A stretch of DNA of 63,862 bases, filler included, from Candidatus Hydrogenedentota bacterium (GTDB lineage: Bacteria > JBFMHD01): NCBI GenBank assembly GCA_040752395.1. It is 5 parts of 5 records of this genome, joined end to end, with 100 filler letters (N's around TTAATTAATTAA, not from the genome) between each part and the next. Parts side by side here need not be neighbours in the genome. Positions count along the whole stretch, not along the records: positions 38,670 to 51,295 come from JBFMHD010000067.1; positions 51,396 to 63,862 come from JBFMHD010000068.1; 3 more parts are not named here. The stretch is one strand, 5' to 3'. The position numbers were made by a program, and so were the translations under genes. How positions within the stretch are numbered: the stretch's first letter is position 1; every line of letters begins with the position of its first letter. Below are positions 49,633 to 58,948 of this stretch, one piece after another. The notes beneath the pieces were generated by a model, which saw nothing but the letters and a program-made list of their open reading frames with translations, searched no databases and was not told where the DNA came from.

Positions 49633-51053
49633 CAGAGGAAAGAGTTTTTACAGGAAGAAGTCATAAAGATGCTATTACTAAAGTGAGAGAGGAGTTTGGT
49701 GAAGAAGCGATAATTTTAACTTCACGAAAATTAAAAGATAGATATGAAATCATAGCACGGGCTAATAAAAATCATTTTGATGATAAAAGCAGAATAAAAA
49801 AATCTTATGATATTAAATTACTGCAACAAAAACTGAAAGAAGAGATGGAGCGCAGGCGAAAGGCCAAAGATAATGCAGAAAAATTAAAAACCGATATATC
49901 ACTTGTCTCAGACGACGAGGTATTTCTTAAATTTTCTAAAGAACCGTATGAGGAGGCAGAGGAAGCCAAACCTCTTACTTACAAAAATATCTTAAAAATA
50001 AGACGATATACACCGGAAAAACCGAAAGTAGACAAAAACGAGATTGGAGATGGCGTTTATAAAGAAGTTGCCGATGATGAAACAACGACTATAAGAAAAC
50101 ATAACTTACAAAACGAGATAATTAAACAGTATAATCATTCATATCGTGAAACAAACAAAAGAATAGAACATTTCGAAGATATACTTAAAAACCTGCAAGA
50201 AAAAGTGAATGAGGTCTTCAATAAAATATCAATAGTTGAAGGAAGCCAGAAAAAAATTCATCATCCTGTAATAGAAAAATTCAGGATACATCTTGTTAAT
50301 AAAGGTATCGATAAAGAAATAATCGCGGATATTGTAAACAAAGTGGGACGAGAGTTAAAAGAAAGAAAAGATATCAATGATGATTTAATAAAAGAGATGT
50401 TTGTAAAAGAGATTAGAAGGTCTTTTTCTATAGGAAATATAAAATTTGGCAGTATGGATAACAATTTTGAGCTTGTGGTTTTAATGGGGCCTGCTGGTTG
50501 TGGCAAAACAACAACGTTAGTTAAGATGGCGAGATTGTTAATAAAAGAGTATAAAATGAATATCGGTATTGCAACTATGGATTATCAGAAAGTTGGTGCC
50601 AAAGAACAGATAGGAAGGTATGCCCGAGTTTTAGATGTCCCTGTGTTATACGTTACAAAACCAGTTGAAATGGATAAAAATCTCAGTATATTTGCGCGAG
50701 ACAAAAGCGTGATACTTTTTGATACCCCGGGTTTTACTCCTTCACTTGGAAAGGAGAATATACAGAATATGAAGAGGTATCTACAATTTTTTAAAAATCC
50801 CTGTAAAAAAATTTTAATTCTTCCTGCAACATGGAAAACTGAAGACTTAAAACGGCTTATTAAATCGTATGAAGAATTAAAAGTCACAAGTTATATTTTT
50901 ACTTCTATTGAAGAGACAGTTAATACAGGAAATATTTTTAATATAATGTATCGTTCTGAAGTAAATGAAATTTTATGGACTTCTGGTGCGTCGCCAACAG
51001 GTAGAATTTATATACCTCAAAAAGACGAGTTCATCAATCGGCTAATAAATTAA
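49629..51053 (+). CDS. flhF: SRP-type GTPase FlhF
   Basis: N-terminal ..A...VREEFGEEAIIL; GPAGCGKTTT, DTPG; follows flhA. Confidence 0.85.
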   Translation: MTEERVFTGRSHKDAITKVREEFGEEAIILTSRKLKDRYEIIARANKNHFDDKSRIKKSYDIKLLQQKLKEEMERRRKAKDNAEKLKTDISLVSDDEVFLKFSKEPYEEAEEAKPLTYKNILKIRRYTPEKPKVDKNEIGDGVYKEVADDETTTIRKHNLQNEIIKQYNHSYRETNKRIEHFEDILKNLQEKVNEVFNKISIVEGSQKKIHHPVIEKFRIHLVNKGIDKEIIADIVNKVGRELKERKDINDDLIKEMFVKEIRRSFSIGNIKFGSMDNNFELVVLMGPAGCGKTTTLVKMARLLIKEYKMNIGIATMDYQKVGAKEQIGRYARVLDVPVLYVTKPVEMDKNLSIFARDKSVILFDTPGFTPSLGKENIQNMKRYLQFFKNPCKKILILPATWKTEDLKRLIKSYEELKVTSYIFTSIEETVNTGNIFNIMYRSEVNEILWTSGASPTGRIYIPQKDEFINRLIN

Positions 51054-51098
51054 TAATTATTACTTGCAAAATATTACAATAATAGATAATATTTATTT

Positions 51099-51295
51099 GT
51101 GTACAAAAATGGACGGATTTTATTACTCTCTTTTTTGTTTGCAGTAATAGTTATTATTATAAGATTTGCATTTTCTTTGATTTTTAATTGGATAGATAAT
51201 TTATTTTTTTATAAAACTGCTTTTATCGGGATTGGAACATTTTGTATAGCGTGGTTTTGTTTGAGTTATATATTTATGGAGGAGGAGGTAAAATT
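51099..51295 (+). CDS. Small membrane protein (3' partial)
   Basis: Two hydrophobic segments; cut by the contig end. Confidence 0.4.
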
Positions 51296-51395
51296 NNNNN
51301 NNNNNNNNNNNNNNNNNNNNNNNNNNNNNNNNNNNNNNNTTAATTAATTAANNNNNNNNNNNNNNNNNNNNNNNNNNNNNNNNNNNNNNNNNNNN
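51296..51395. other. Artificial contig linker
   Basis: N run - TTAATTAATTAA - N run. Confidence 0.99.
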
Positions 51396-51583
51396 GCCCC
51401 CTATGAAAAGTCTTGAGTCTTGAGTCTCGAGTCCTGTTTTGACTCACGACTTGCGACTCACGACTTGCGACTCACGACTCACGACTCTTTTTATATCATC
51501 TTTAGTTTTTCATACCTTGTGTAGAGCGCAACCCGCGCTCATGAGTACTCCTTCGAAAAACTTCGGAGTTCGGAGTTCGGAGC
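51396..51583 (-). repeat. Modular element downstream of serS (GAACTCC array + SD, REP-like end, expanded GAGTCGT/AAGTCGC core)
   Basis: Reverse complement of the core at 12670-12783 with extra heptamers. Confidence 0.9.
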
Positions 51584-51743
51584 AGAGTATTTGTTCGGTT
51601 TTGTGTGGGTTTGTTTATGTGTGTGGAATTTACTGCGAGGCAGGCTGCGAAGTCTTCCTTGACAATTATTTTGTTTTTACACCGAACATCCCTGTCCAGC
51701 TATTACTTCCTATCTCCTCTATCGTCAATAGTTTTCGAAAACT

Positions 51744-53018
51744 TTATGATTTAATAATATTTTTGCCAACTATATCTCTTAAAACCTCTGGCACTATTAT
51801 AAAACCTTCTTCTGTCTGATAGTTTTCCATTATAGCAATAAGTGTTCTACTTATAGCTACCGCTGTTCCATTTATCATATGAACGAATTTTTTATCACCA
51901 TTTAGAGTTTTATATTTTATATTTAACCGTCTTGATTGATAATCAGTGCAGTTAGAAGTAGATGTAATTTCACCAAAGTCGCCTTTTTCCCCGCGGCCAG
52001 GCATCCAGGATTCAATATCAAATTTTCTATAAGCAGGTGCACCGAGCTCCCCACTGCATACTTCTACTATTCTGTATGGAATTTTTAAATCCTGATATAT
52101 TTCTTCTTCTATTTGAAGAAACTTTTCATGAATAGTATCAGAATCCTCTTGTTTTGTAAAAGCGAACATTTCTACTTTAGAAAATTGATGGACTCTAAAA
52201 AGCCCTTTAGAATATTGTCCATAAGCACCTGCCTCTGTTCTAAAGCAGTGTGAAAAACCGCAGTATAAAAGGGGTAACTCTTTCTCATATAAGATACAAT
52301 CTGAAAGCATACCAGCCAGCGTTATCTCAGCAGTACCCACAAGACATAAATCAAAGTTTGCTATAGAATAGATATTTGTCTCAGGTCCGCGGGGATTAAA
52401 ACCTGCTCCTTCAACTATTTCGCTTCGTGCAACATCAGGTGTGATTATTAATGTAAACCCCTTTTTTTGAAGTTTTTTTAAAGCAAAAACACAAAGAGCA
52501 AACTCAAGTAATACAGCCTCTTTTTTTAAGTAATAAAACTTCTGTTGGGATACCCTTGATGCTGTGTCAAAATCTATCAAATCAAGTTTTTGACCAAGCG
52601 ATATATGATCAAGTGGTTTGAAATTAAATACAGGGATATCACCCCATCGCTTTATTTCTCTATTAGAGTGTTCATCTTTACCTACAGGTATATGAGGGTG
52701 AGTGAAATTAGGTATTTTTTTGAATAGTTCCCAGAATTTTTTATCTATATCCTCATACTCTTTTTCAATGATAGATAATTCGTTTTTTATATTTTTACCT
52801 CTTTCTACCAGCGTATTTTTCTCATCAATAGCCACTTTCTGTTTAAGTTTATCAGCGATAGTATTTCTTTCGCATCGTAATTCTTCAATTCTTTTTATTA
52901 ACTCGAGACGTTTATTATAGAATGATATAACCGCATCAAGGTCGAGATTAAGATTTCTATTACGGAGATTTTGTTTTATCTCATTGTATTTTTCTTTTAA
53001 TAATTTTGGGTCGAGCAA
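51744..53018 (-). CDS. serS: Serine--tRNA ligase
   Basis: GTAE, CFRTEAG, RVHQFSKVE, EITSTSNCTDYQSRR, NGTA. Confidence 0.97.
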   Translation of the reverse strand: MLDPKLLKEKYNEIKQNLRNRNLNLDLDAVISFYNKRLELIKRIEELRCERNTIADKLKQKVAIDEKNTLVERGKNIKNELSIIEKEYEDIDKKFWELFKKIPNFTHPHIPVGKDEHSNREIKRWGDIPVFNFKPLDHISLGQKLDLIDFDTASRVSQQKFYYLKKEAVLLEFALCVFALKKLQKKGFTLIITPDVARSEIVEGAGFNPRGPETNIYSIANFDLCLVGTAEITLAGMLSDCILYEKELPLLYCGFSHCFRTEAGAYGQYSKGLFRVHQFSKVEMFAFTKQEDSDTIHEKFLQIEEEIYQDLKIPYRIVEVCSGELGAPAYRKFDIESWMPGRGEKGDFGEITSTSNCTDYQSRRLNIKYKTLNGDKKFVHMINGTAVAISRTLIAIMENYQTEEGFIIVPEVLRDIVGKNIIKS

Positions 53019-53487
53019 GTATATTCTCCTTTTTAAGTTCTATAAATTCGTCTAAAAAATTATCATAATAAAAAACATAGGATTCTTTATTTTCATTTGT
53101 CAGTATTATTCTCTTATTATTATCAGTAATTTCAAGTTTAAAGTGATACGCAGGAACAATATCATTTTTATATATTTCGTATAATTTAAATTTATTTTCG
53201 CAGGATAATAAAGAAAGCAAGGCAAATCCATTGTTATCTTTTTTGATAACAAAAAATACATAATCAAAGATACGGTCATTGTTTATATCAGCAACTTTAT
53301 AAAACGGGTATTGGGCTGTTACTTTATAGATATTATCCCAGTATTTAATTATATCTTCATAACAAGCAAGCCTGTATTCCTCGCTAATATTTTCCGTATA
53401 TTTCTTTAATATAAGCTCAATATCACTATCATCAGAATAACAGGAACAAAAAAATAATATAAACAATAGAAGCAGTGTCCCTTTCAT
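52981..53487 (-). CDS. Hypothetical exported/lipoprotein
   Basis: Signal ending FCSC; ADINND...D motif. Confidence 0.5.
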   Translation of the reverse strand: MKGTLLLLFILFFCSCYSDDSDIELILKKYTENISEEYRLACYEDIIKYWDNIYKVTAQYPFYKVADINNDRIFDYVFFVIKKDNNGFALLSLLSCENKFKLYEIYKNDIVPAYHFKLEITDNNKRIILTNENKESYVFYYDNFLDEFIELKKENILARPKIIKRKIQ

Positions 53488-53538
53488 AATAGGTTATTTT
53501 ACAGACTCAGTTTAGATTGGTCAAGGAGTGGTTTACTC

Positions 53539-53554
53539 TAACTGAGGCATTACA
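53539..53554 (+). repeat. Dispersed repeat TAACTGAGGCATTACA (short copy)
   Basis: Identical to 980-995. Confidence 0.6.
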
Positions 53555-53578
53555 AATTGTCGAATGAGATGGGGCAAT

Positions 53579-54592
53579 CTACGATAATAATTTAGATATT
53601 AAGAGTTCGGTTTCAGTGGCTCTAATCTTTTCAGAAGATGTTTTTAATGATTTTTCTAAATAGGCTAAAGTCTCTTCAAGTTTATTTAAAAAAGAATCAT
53701 CAAGACGGGAATACTTTGGCAGATTGTTCTTCTGATGATAATTTAATGGTTTTGAAAATAGCGCTTTACAGAAGTCTTCTACTTTACAGAGTGGATTCTT
53801 GATGTTTTCGTCTAACAGGTATTTGTAATATTTAATTATTCTGAGATTTTTGATACATACAGAAATAAAACCTAATAAAGAGATATCCTTTATTACATAA
53901 TTTTTAAATTCCTTTAAAAATTTTGCTAAATTTCTATCAAAAATTGAATCTAAAAGACCAAAGAAATCGTCTTGTATATAACTAACCCTTAGATTTTTCA
54001 GCTCATTTAACGTAATAATAGATTTATTTTCACCTAAAAATGTCTTTAATTTCAAAAGCTCAGGTAATATCCTTGAGGGGGAATAACCATATTCTTCAAT
54101 AAAATATCTGATAGCATCATTACTCAATTTTAATCCCAATTTGTCACCCTCTTCTCTTATGAATTCGATAAAATCATATTTATCAGGAGTCTTTATCTCA
54201 ATAAATGAATTATTTTGCTGAAACATTGTTATTATTTGTTTCATCTCTTTTATACTGCCTTTTGAATCAATGAGTAATAAAAGGCAGTCAGGATTAGTAG
54301 ACTTTAGAAAAGGACTCAGTAGTTTTTTATCCTCAATATCTTCAATACCTCGATAGAATATACATCTTAAAGAAGCAAACATATCACAGGTTGAATAAAT
54401 CTCAAAAAGTTTCTCTATAGCTAAATCAGGGTAAGAATATTTAAGTATTGATAGATTATTAATATTTTTTACTCTCTTTTCTATATCGAAGGTATAATTT
54501 TTTATAAGTAAACCATCATCACCAGAGATTAGATAAACGCCCCCGGTAAACTTATTTTCAAGTTGTTTTAAAAGTTTAAAAGACATAAGCAT
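53579..54592 (-). CDS. holA: DNA polymerase III delta subunit
   Basis: VYLISGDD, EL.KL, F.L.D; size and lptE-holA order. Confidence 0.72.
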   Translation of the reverse strand: MLMSFKLLKQLENKFTGGVYLISGDDGLLIKNYTFDIEKRVKNINNLSILKYSYPDLAIEKLFEIYSTCDMFASLRCIFYRGIEDIEDKKLLSPFLKSTNPDCLLLLIDSKGSIKEMKQIITMFQQNNSFIEIKTPDKYDFIEFIREEGDKLGLKLSNDAIRYFIEEYGYSPSRILPELLKLKTFLGENKSIITLNELKNLRVSYIQDDFFGLLDSIFDRNLAKFLKEFKNYVIKDISLLGFISVCIKNLRIIKYYKYLLDENIKNPLCKVEDFCKALFSKPLNYHQKNNLPKYSRLDDSFLNKLEETLAYLEKSLKTSSEKIRATETELLISKLLS

Positions 54593-54646
54593 TTAACCTC
54601 AAAACCATACTACCAGGCCAAAAAGAAAGCAAACTCAACTGATTTA

Positions 54647-55201
54647 TTATTGGCTTTGAGATCTCTGCTCCTGGTAAGACTCAGCTTCAGGCCAGCCCTC
54701 AATAACTCTTGAGACAATATCCTTTGCCAGATCCAGGGCAGCTCTATATTTAGCATCTTTTTCAGTCTCAGGCGTAGAAGCCACAACAGAAAAACTCGCT
54801 TCGCCAGATAGATAACCGCCTGTCTGAGTATAGTCTTCAAAAAGTAATTCGTTCTTTACTTTATCGTAAAACCTTATTCGAACACTAATCTTTAATCTGT
54901 TTTCTGTCACAATATTTTTCACATAATCCCAGGCAATCGGCTGTACTTCATATTTTGTTATAACACCCTCTAAAACAGCATGGGCTTCTGATTCTTTATC
55001 TACAATCTGTAGTCTCCCATCCTTTAAAAATTCACCTATAACAGTATTTGTAACGTCTACCTCAAGGTTATATTCACCAACTTCGTTTACGAACTTTTTC
55101 ACATAAATTTTTTCTATATAAGTTGGGAGTTCCAGTTTTACTTCATAACATGAAGCAAATAATAAAGGTATCAATAATAATAAAATAATTTTATTTTTCA
55201 T
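54647..55201 (-). CDS. lptE: LptE-family lipoprotein
   Basis: Lipobox FASC, IYV..FVN, A.AVLEG.I, C-terminal W. Confidence 0.7.
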   Translation of the reverse strand: MKNKIILLLLIPLLFASCYEVKLELPTYIEKIYVKKFVNEVGEYNLEVDVTNTVIGEFLKDGRLQIVDKESEAHAVLEGVITKYEVQPIAWDYVKNIVTENRLKISVRIRFYDKVKNELLFEDYTQTGGYLSGEASFSVVASTPETEKDAKYRAALDLAKDIVSRVIEGWPEAESYQEQRSQSQ

Positions 55202-55236
55202 AACCTCTAACCTCCGGATACGGCGACCACGCTATC

Positions 55237-55974
55237 TTACGAATATGGGTCATATTTAGAATGAACTTTTTTTGATTCAACACTTCGTTCGCCGCTAATT
55301 TTTAATAGTTCAGAAGCCATCTCGTTTAAAAACGATGGGGTCTCATTATCATATTGAGATGCTTCTTCAAAATACTTTTTAGCAAGTTCAAACGAGTTCT
55401 GTCTGAAATATGTCATCCCTACCATAAAACATATTTCCCGCTTCTTTGAGCTTTCAGGAAATCGGGTTAAAATTTCAAGATATTTTTCTCGCGCAAGAGT
55501 CCATTCCTCAACCCTGTCAAGACAATAACCCCATCTGAATAATACCTCGTCTATTATATTACTATTTGGATTATCTGTATAGAGTTTTTTATATAAAAAA
55601 GAAGCTTCTTCAAACTTTTTAAGTTCTTCAAGACATAAACAAGAGAGAAAACCAGCTTCGTTTCTATGAACGGATTGCGGAAACTCGAGGTAGAAATCTA
55701 AAAAAGATTTATGGGCTTCCTCCCACTGATGTAATTCTTTATGTATAAAACCTTTTAATAGTTTGGAAACTAAATAATATGGTGATTTAGAATCTTTAAT
55801 TAACCACTCTATTAAAGTTAAGGCTTTAGAAAAATTTTTTAGCCTGTAATATATTATTGTATATGAATAAATATAATTAGGATTAGTTGGTTCGATGTTA
55901 TTTGAGTTTAACAACATTAAAGCTTCTTCATATCTTTCATTATCTATCAAGTCTCTTAATCTATCATCAATCAT
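55237..55974 (-). CDS. Tetratricopeptide repeat protein
   Basis: Repeated TPR helices with FP.S/NP.S turns. Confidence 0.8.
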   Translation of the reverse strand: MIDDRLRDLIDNERYEEALMLLNSNNIEPTNPNYIYSYTIIYYRLKNFSKALTLIEWLIKDSKSPYYLVSKLLKGFIHKELHQWEEAHKSFLDFYLEFPQSVHRNEAGFLSCLCLEELKKFEEASFLYKKLYTDNPNSNIIDEVLFRWGYCLDRVEEWTLAREKYLEILTRFPESSKKREICFMVGMTYFRQNSFELAKKYFEEASQYDNETPSFLNEMASELLKISGERSVESKKVHSKYDPYS

Positions 55975-56555
55975 AGGAGTTTTTTATAGATATTTTGTGT
56001 TTTTATTGGTCCAAATTTTATGCATTGAATTAAAATTTCTACTATATTATCTAATATCTTTTCTAATTCGTTTATTTCGGTCTCTGTGAAATTACTTAAA
56101 ACATAATCTTTTAAATCTACGTTTTTAATTCTTGGCCCAATACCTATTCTTAACCTGAAAAAATCGTTTGAGTTGAAATGATAAATAATATTTTCAATAC
56201 CATTATGTCCCCCTGCACTTCCCCCTCTCCTGAACTTTATCTCGCCAATAGGTAAATCAACATCATCATAAATTACAAGTAATTGCGAGGAAGTAAGAGA
56301 TAAAGAATTAAAAGCACTGATTACTGATTCTCCTGAAAGATTAACGTAAGTCAAAGGTTTTAATAATGCAAAAGAACTACCACCAATGTTTCCACTACAG
56401 AAAAATCCTTTATATTTTTTTCCCCACTTTAGGATACCAATTTTTTCAAACAACCTGTCAATAACAATAAACCCTATATTATGCCTGGTATAGACGTATT
56501 CTTTTCCTGGATTACCCAGACCTACTATCAAAAACTCCACATTGGTTCTTTTCAT
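55971..56555 (-). CDS. pth: Peptidyl-tRNA hydrolase
   Basis: GLGNPG..Y..TRHNIGF, GGHNG, RLRIGIG. Confidence 0.96.
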   Translation of the reverse strand: MKRTNVEFLIVGLGNPGKEYVYTRHNIGFIVIDRLFEKIGILKWGKKYKGFFCSGNIGGSSFALLKPLTYVNLSGESVISAFNSLSLTSSQLLVIYDDVDLPIGEIKFRRGGSAGGHNGIENIIYHFNSNDFFRLRIGIGPRIKNVDLKDYVLSNFTETEINELEKILDNIVEILIQCIKFGPIKTQNIYKKLL

Positions 56556-57304
56556 TTTTTCGGTGGCTTTTCAGTTGGTTTCTCTTTTTTATCCTGTGTT
56601 TGAGCTGTTTCTTTAGCCTTTGCTTCTTCTTTTGCTTTTGGCTTTTCTAAAGGAGTAGCAGCAGCACCTTCTTCAACCTCTTCTTCTTCTTCTTTGCCTT
56701 TCTTAATAACCTCAGGCTCTTCAACAGCAGCTTTAGATACCTCGAGCTCTTCTTCCTTAGCTGGCGGCACTACCACTACAACGGTCTCATCCTGCGAATG
56801 CAAAACTTTTATTTTATCAGAAAATTTTAATTCTTTTATATGCAGAGCATCATTTATTTTCAAATTGCTGATATCTACTTCTATTTTTTCAGGAATATCT
56901 AAAGGCAGACATTTAATCTTGATACTTTTAAGGAGTATATCCAGGATACCACCCATTTTAATGCCAGGTGAAATGCCTGTGATTGTAATAGATACATTTG
57001 TTGTAACTTCCTCATCAAGCTTTATGTTTTGAAAGTCAAAATGAATTATTTTATCTGTTACTACATCCTTTTGAATAGCCTTGATAATGACAGGATATTT
57101 TTTACTATTTAGCTCAACCTCGAATAATTTTATTTTTTTATGAAGTATCCTGTCTAATTCTTTTGGATTGATTAATATAGGTATTGGTTCTATCGAGGAA
57201 CTATATATTATTCCGGGTATATCACCATTTCTACGAATAAAACGCACTAATGATTTGTTACCTGTATCTCTTTTTGTGACTTTTATAGTTAATAACTCAG
57301 CCAT
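56552..57304 (-). CDS. rplY: 50S ribosomal protein L25/Ctc
   Basis: RRNGDIPGIIY, H.DF, CLP.DIPE.IEVDIS.L. True start is the ATG at 57304. Confidence 0.93.
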   Translation of the reverse strand: MAELLTIKVTKRDTGNKSLVRFIRRNGDIPGIIYSSSIEPIPILINPKELDRILHKKIKLFEVELNSKKYPVIIKAIQKDVVTDKIIHFDFQNIKLDEEVTTNVSITITGISPGIKMGGILDILLKSIKIKCLPLDIPEKIEVDISNLKINDALHIKELKFSDKIKVLHSQDETVVVVVPPAKEEELEVSKAAVEEPEVIKKGKEEEEEVEEGAAATPLEKPKAKEEAKAKETAQTQDKKEKPTEKPPKK

Positions 57305-57311
57305 TTGCTTA

Positions 57312-57430
57312 TCCTCCTCTGAAAAACGCTGTAACTCTAATAATATCAAGTAGAAGCAAGAGGCAAGAAGCAAGAAGCAAGATAAACAAACATCTGGTTT
57401 TTCATACGTTGTGTAGAGCGCAAACGCGCT
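57312..57430 (-). repeat. Modular element between prs and rplY
   Basis: REP-like end, CTTGCTT array and ATTAGAGTTACAGCGTTTTTCAGAGGAGG, which supplies the rplY SD. Confidence 0.9.
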
Positions 57431-57450
57431 TATGTTGACTCCTTTGTTGG

Positions 57451-58395
57451 TTATATAAACAGCGAACTTACACTTGAATTGTTATGGATTCTAATAATAG
57501 CCTCGCCCAGAAGAGAAGCGACCGATAAAGCTGTTATTTTTTTACTCAGTTTTTTATTAGTAAGCGGTATAGTGTTAGTTACTATAAGTTCTTCGATTGG
57601 GGATTCTTCGATTTTATCTATAGCATTACCTGATAAGACAGGATGAGTACATGCAGCTATGATTTTTTTAGCACCGCGTTCTTTTAATACAAAAGCGGAT
57701 TTAGCTATAGTTCCCGCGGTATCAATTATATCATCGATTAAAATATTGATATAGCCCTCAATTTCGCCGATGACATTCATAACCTCGGATACATTAGCTC
57801 TAGGTCTACGTTTATCTATTATAGCAAGTGTGCAGCCAAGCCTGCTTGCAATCGCTCGAGCACGCTCAACACCACCTGCATCAGGCGAAATTATAACAAC
57901 TTCATCAACATTGTAATTAGTTTTGATATATTCGATAATAACCGGTGCAGCATAGAGATGGTCAACTGGTATATCAAAGAAGCCTTGAATCTGGTCCGCA
58001 TGTAAATCCATTGCAAGAACTCTATCTGTTCCTGCTGCTACTATAAGATTTGCTATAAGTTTAGAAGAGATTGGTACTCGCGGCTGATCTTTCCTGTCCT
58101 GCCTCGCATACCCGAAATATGGGACAACTGCTGTTATCCTTTCTGCCGAGGCGCGTTTGGCAGCATCAACCATAAGCAATAATTCCATAATATTTCTATT
58201 TGCGGGATAACAGGTGGGCTGCACGATGAATACATCAGCACCACGAATATTTTCATTGTATTTTACACTGATCTCACCATCTGAAAATTGAGTCACAACT
58301 ACATCGCCATAAGGGATCTTTAAATAATCACAGATTTCCTGACTAAGGACCGGATTTGAATTACCTGAAAATATTTTCAATGGTCTGTCCTTCAT
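57451..58395 (-). CDS. prs: Ribose-phosphate pyrophosphokinase
   Basis: [36 protein letters not shown]. Confidence 0.97.
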   Translation of the reverse strand: MKDRPLKIFSGNSNPVLSQEICDYLKIPYGDVVVTQFSDGEISVKYNENIRGADVFIVQPTCYPANRNIMELLLMVDAAKRASAERITAVVPYFGYARQDRKDQPRVPISSKLIANLIVAAGTDRVLAMDLHADQIQGFFDIPVDHLYAAPVIIEYIKTNYNVDEVVIISPDAGGVERARAIASRLGCTLAIIDKRRPRANVSEVMNVIGEIEGYINILIDDIIDTAGTIAKSAFVLKERGAKKIIAACTHPVLSGNAIDKIEESPIEELIVTNTIPLTNKKLSKKITALSVASLLGEAIIRIHNNSSVSSLFI

Positions 58396-58632
58396 AAAGA
58401 TTACCTCGCCAAGCTAAATTAATCCCATTAGAGATAATGCTACAAAGCAGTGGGCCTCTCTCTTTAATGTAATTTTTTAACAGGTTAAAGTTTCTGGTAT
58501 CAATAATTATTATATTTGTCAAATAAATTATTTGAGCTCTCTGTTTGTCTTCTATGTATCCCATCAGTCTTTGGTTTTAGTTCCTAAGTTCGGTGTTTGG
58601 TTTATAGATTACTTATTTTTAGTAATGCATCA

Positions 58633-58721
58633 GAACGTGTGAAATAATCATCATTAATACCGACTAACTCTTTTATTATCACTCCCAGTTTTCTAAAAAA
58701 GTCTAATTTTTTCACACGTTC
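58633..58721. mobile_element. 89-bp MITE, copy 2
   Basis: Same TIRs and similar interior as 9011-9099; flanks TCA...TGA. Confidence 0.75.
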
Positions 58722-58799
58722 TGAGGGAATACTATTTTTAATTATTTTGTCTTGACATTAAAAAATAATTATATAAAAAGGGTAAGGTTTTAATAAATT

Positions 58800-58876
58800 T
58801 CCGCGGTAGCTCAATCGGTAGCAGCGGCTGGCTGTTAACCAGTAGGTTGCAGGTTCGATTCCTGCCCGCGGAGCCA
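58800..58876 (+). tRNA. tRNA-Asn(GTT)
   Basis: Acceptor TCCGCGG/CCGCGGA, anticodon loop CTGTTAA, GGTTCGATTCC, encoded CCA. Confidence 0.95.
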
Positions 58877-58921
58877 GTCAATACGATCCATGGCACCCAG
58901 ACTGGTTAACAGTGCAGGGGG
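58868..58921 (+). repeat. att-like repeat copy 1 (tRNA 3' end + ~45 bp)
   Basis: GCGGAGCCAGTCAATACGAT identical to 61470-61489, then partial match. Confidence 0.85.
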
Positions 58922-58948
58922 TTCAAAGTATATTAAGGTAAAGATTAT

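Noticed and set aside
12864-51395. Repeated TTAATTAATTAA motif and gene neighbourhoods across N runs
   Set aside because: Artificial all-frame-stop linkers between size-sorted contigs.
51439-51819. 126-aa ORF (MTHDLRLTTCDSRL...)
   Set aside because: Translation of heptamer repeats plus antisense overlap with serS.
57305-57373. N-terminal extensions of rplY and of the phosphoesterase (11133-11207) in the ORF track
   Set aside because: They are read-through of the repeat module; the SD position points to the downstream ATG.
58361-58564. 67-aa ORF upstream of prs and the many short antisense ORFs inside core genes
   Set aside because: No motifs or SD; they are shadow frames of well-supported genes.
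58809-58826. Extra C in the tRNA-Asn D-arm (GGTAGCAGC)
   Set aside because: The rest of the cloverleaf is intact; minor variation or a base-call error.
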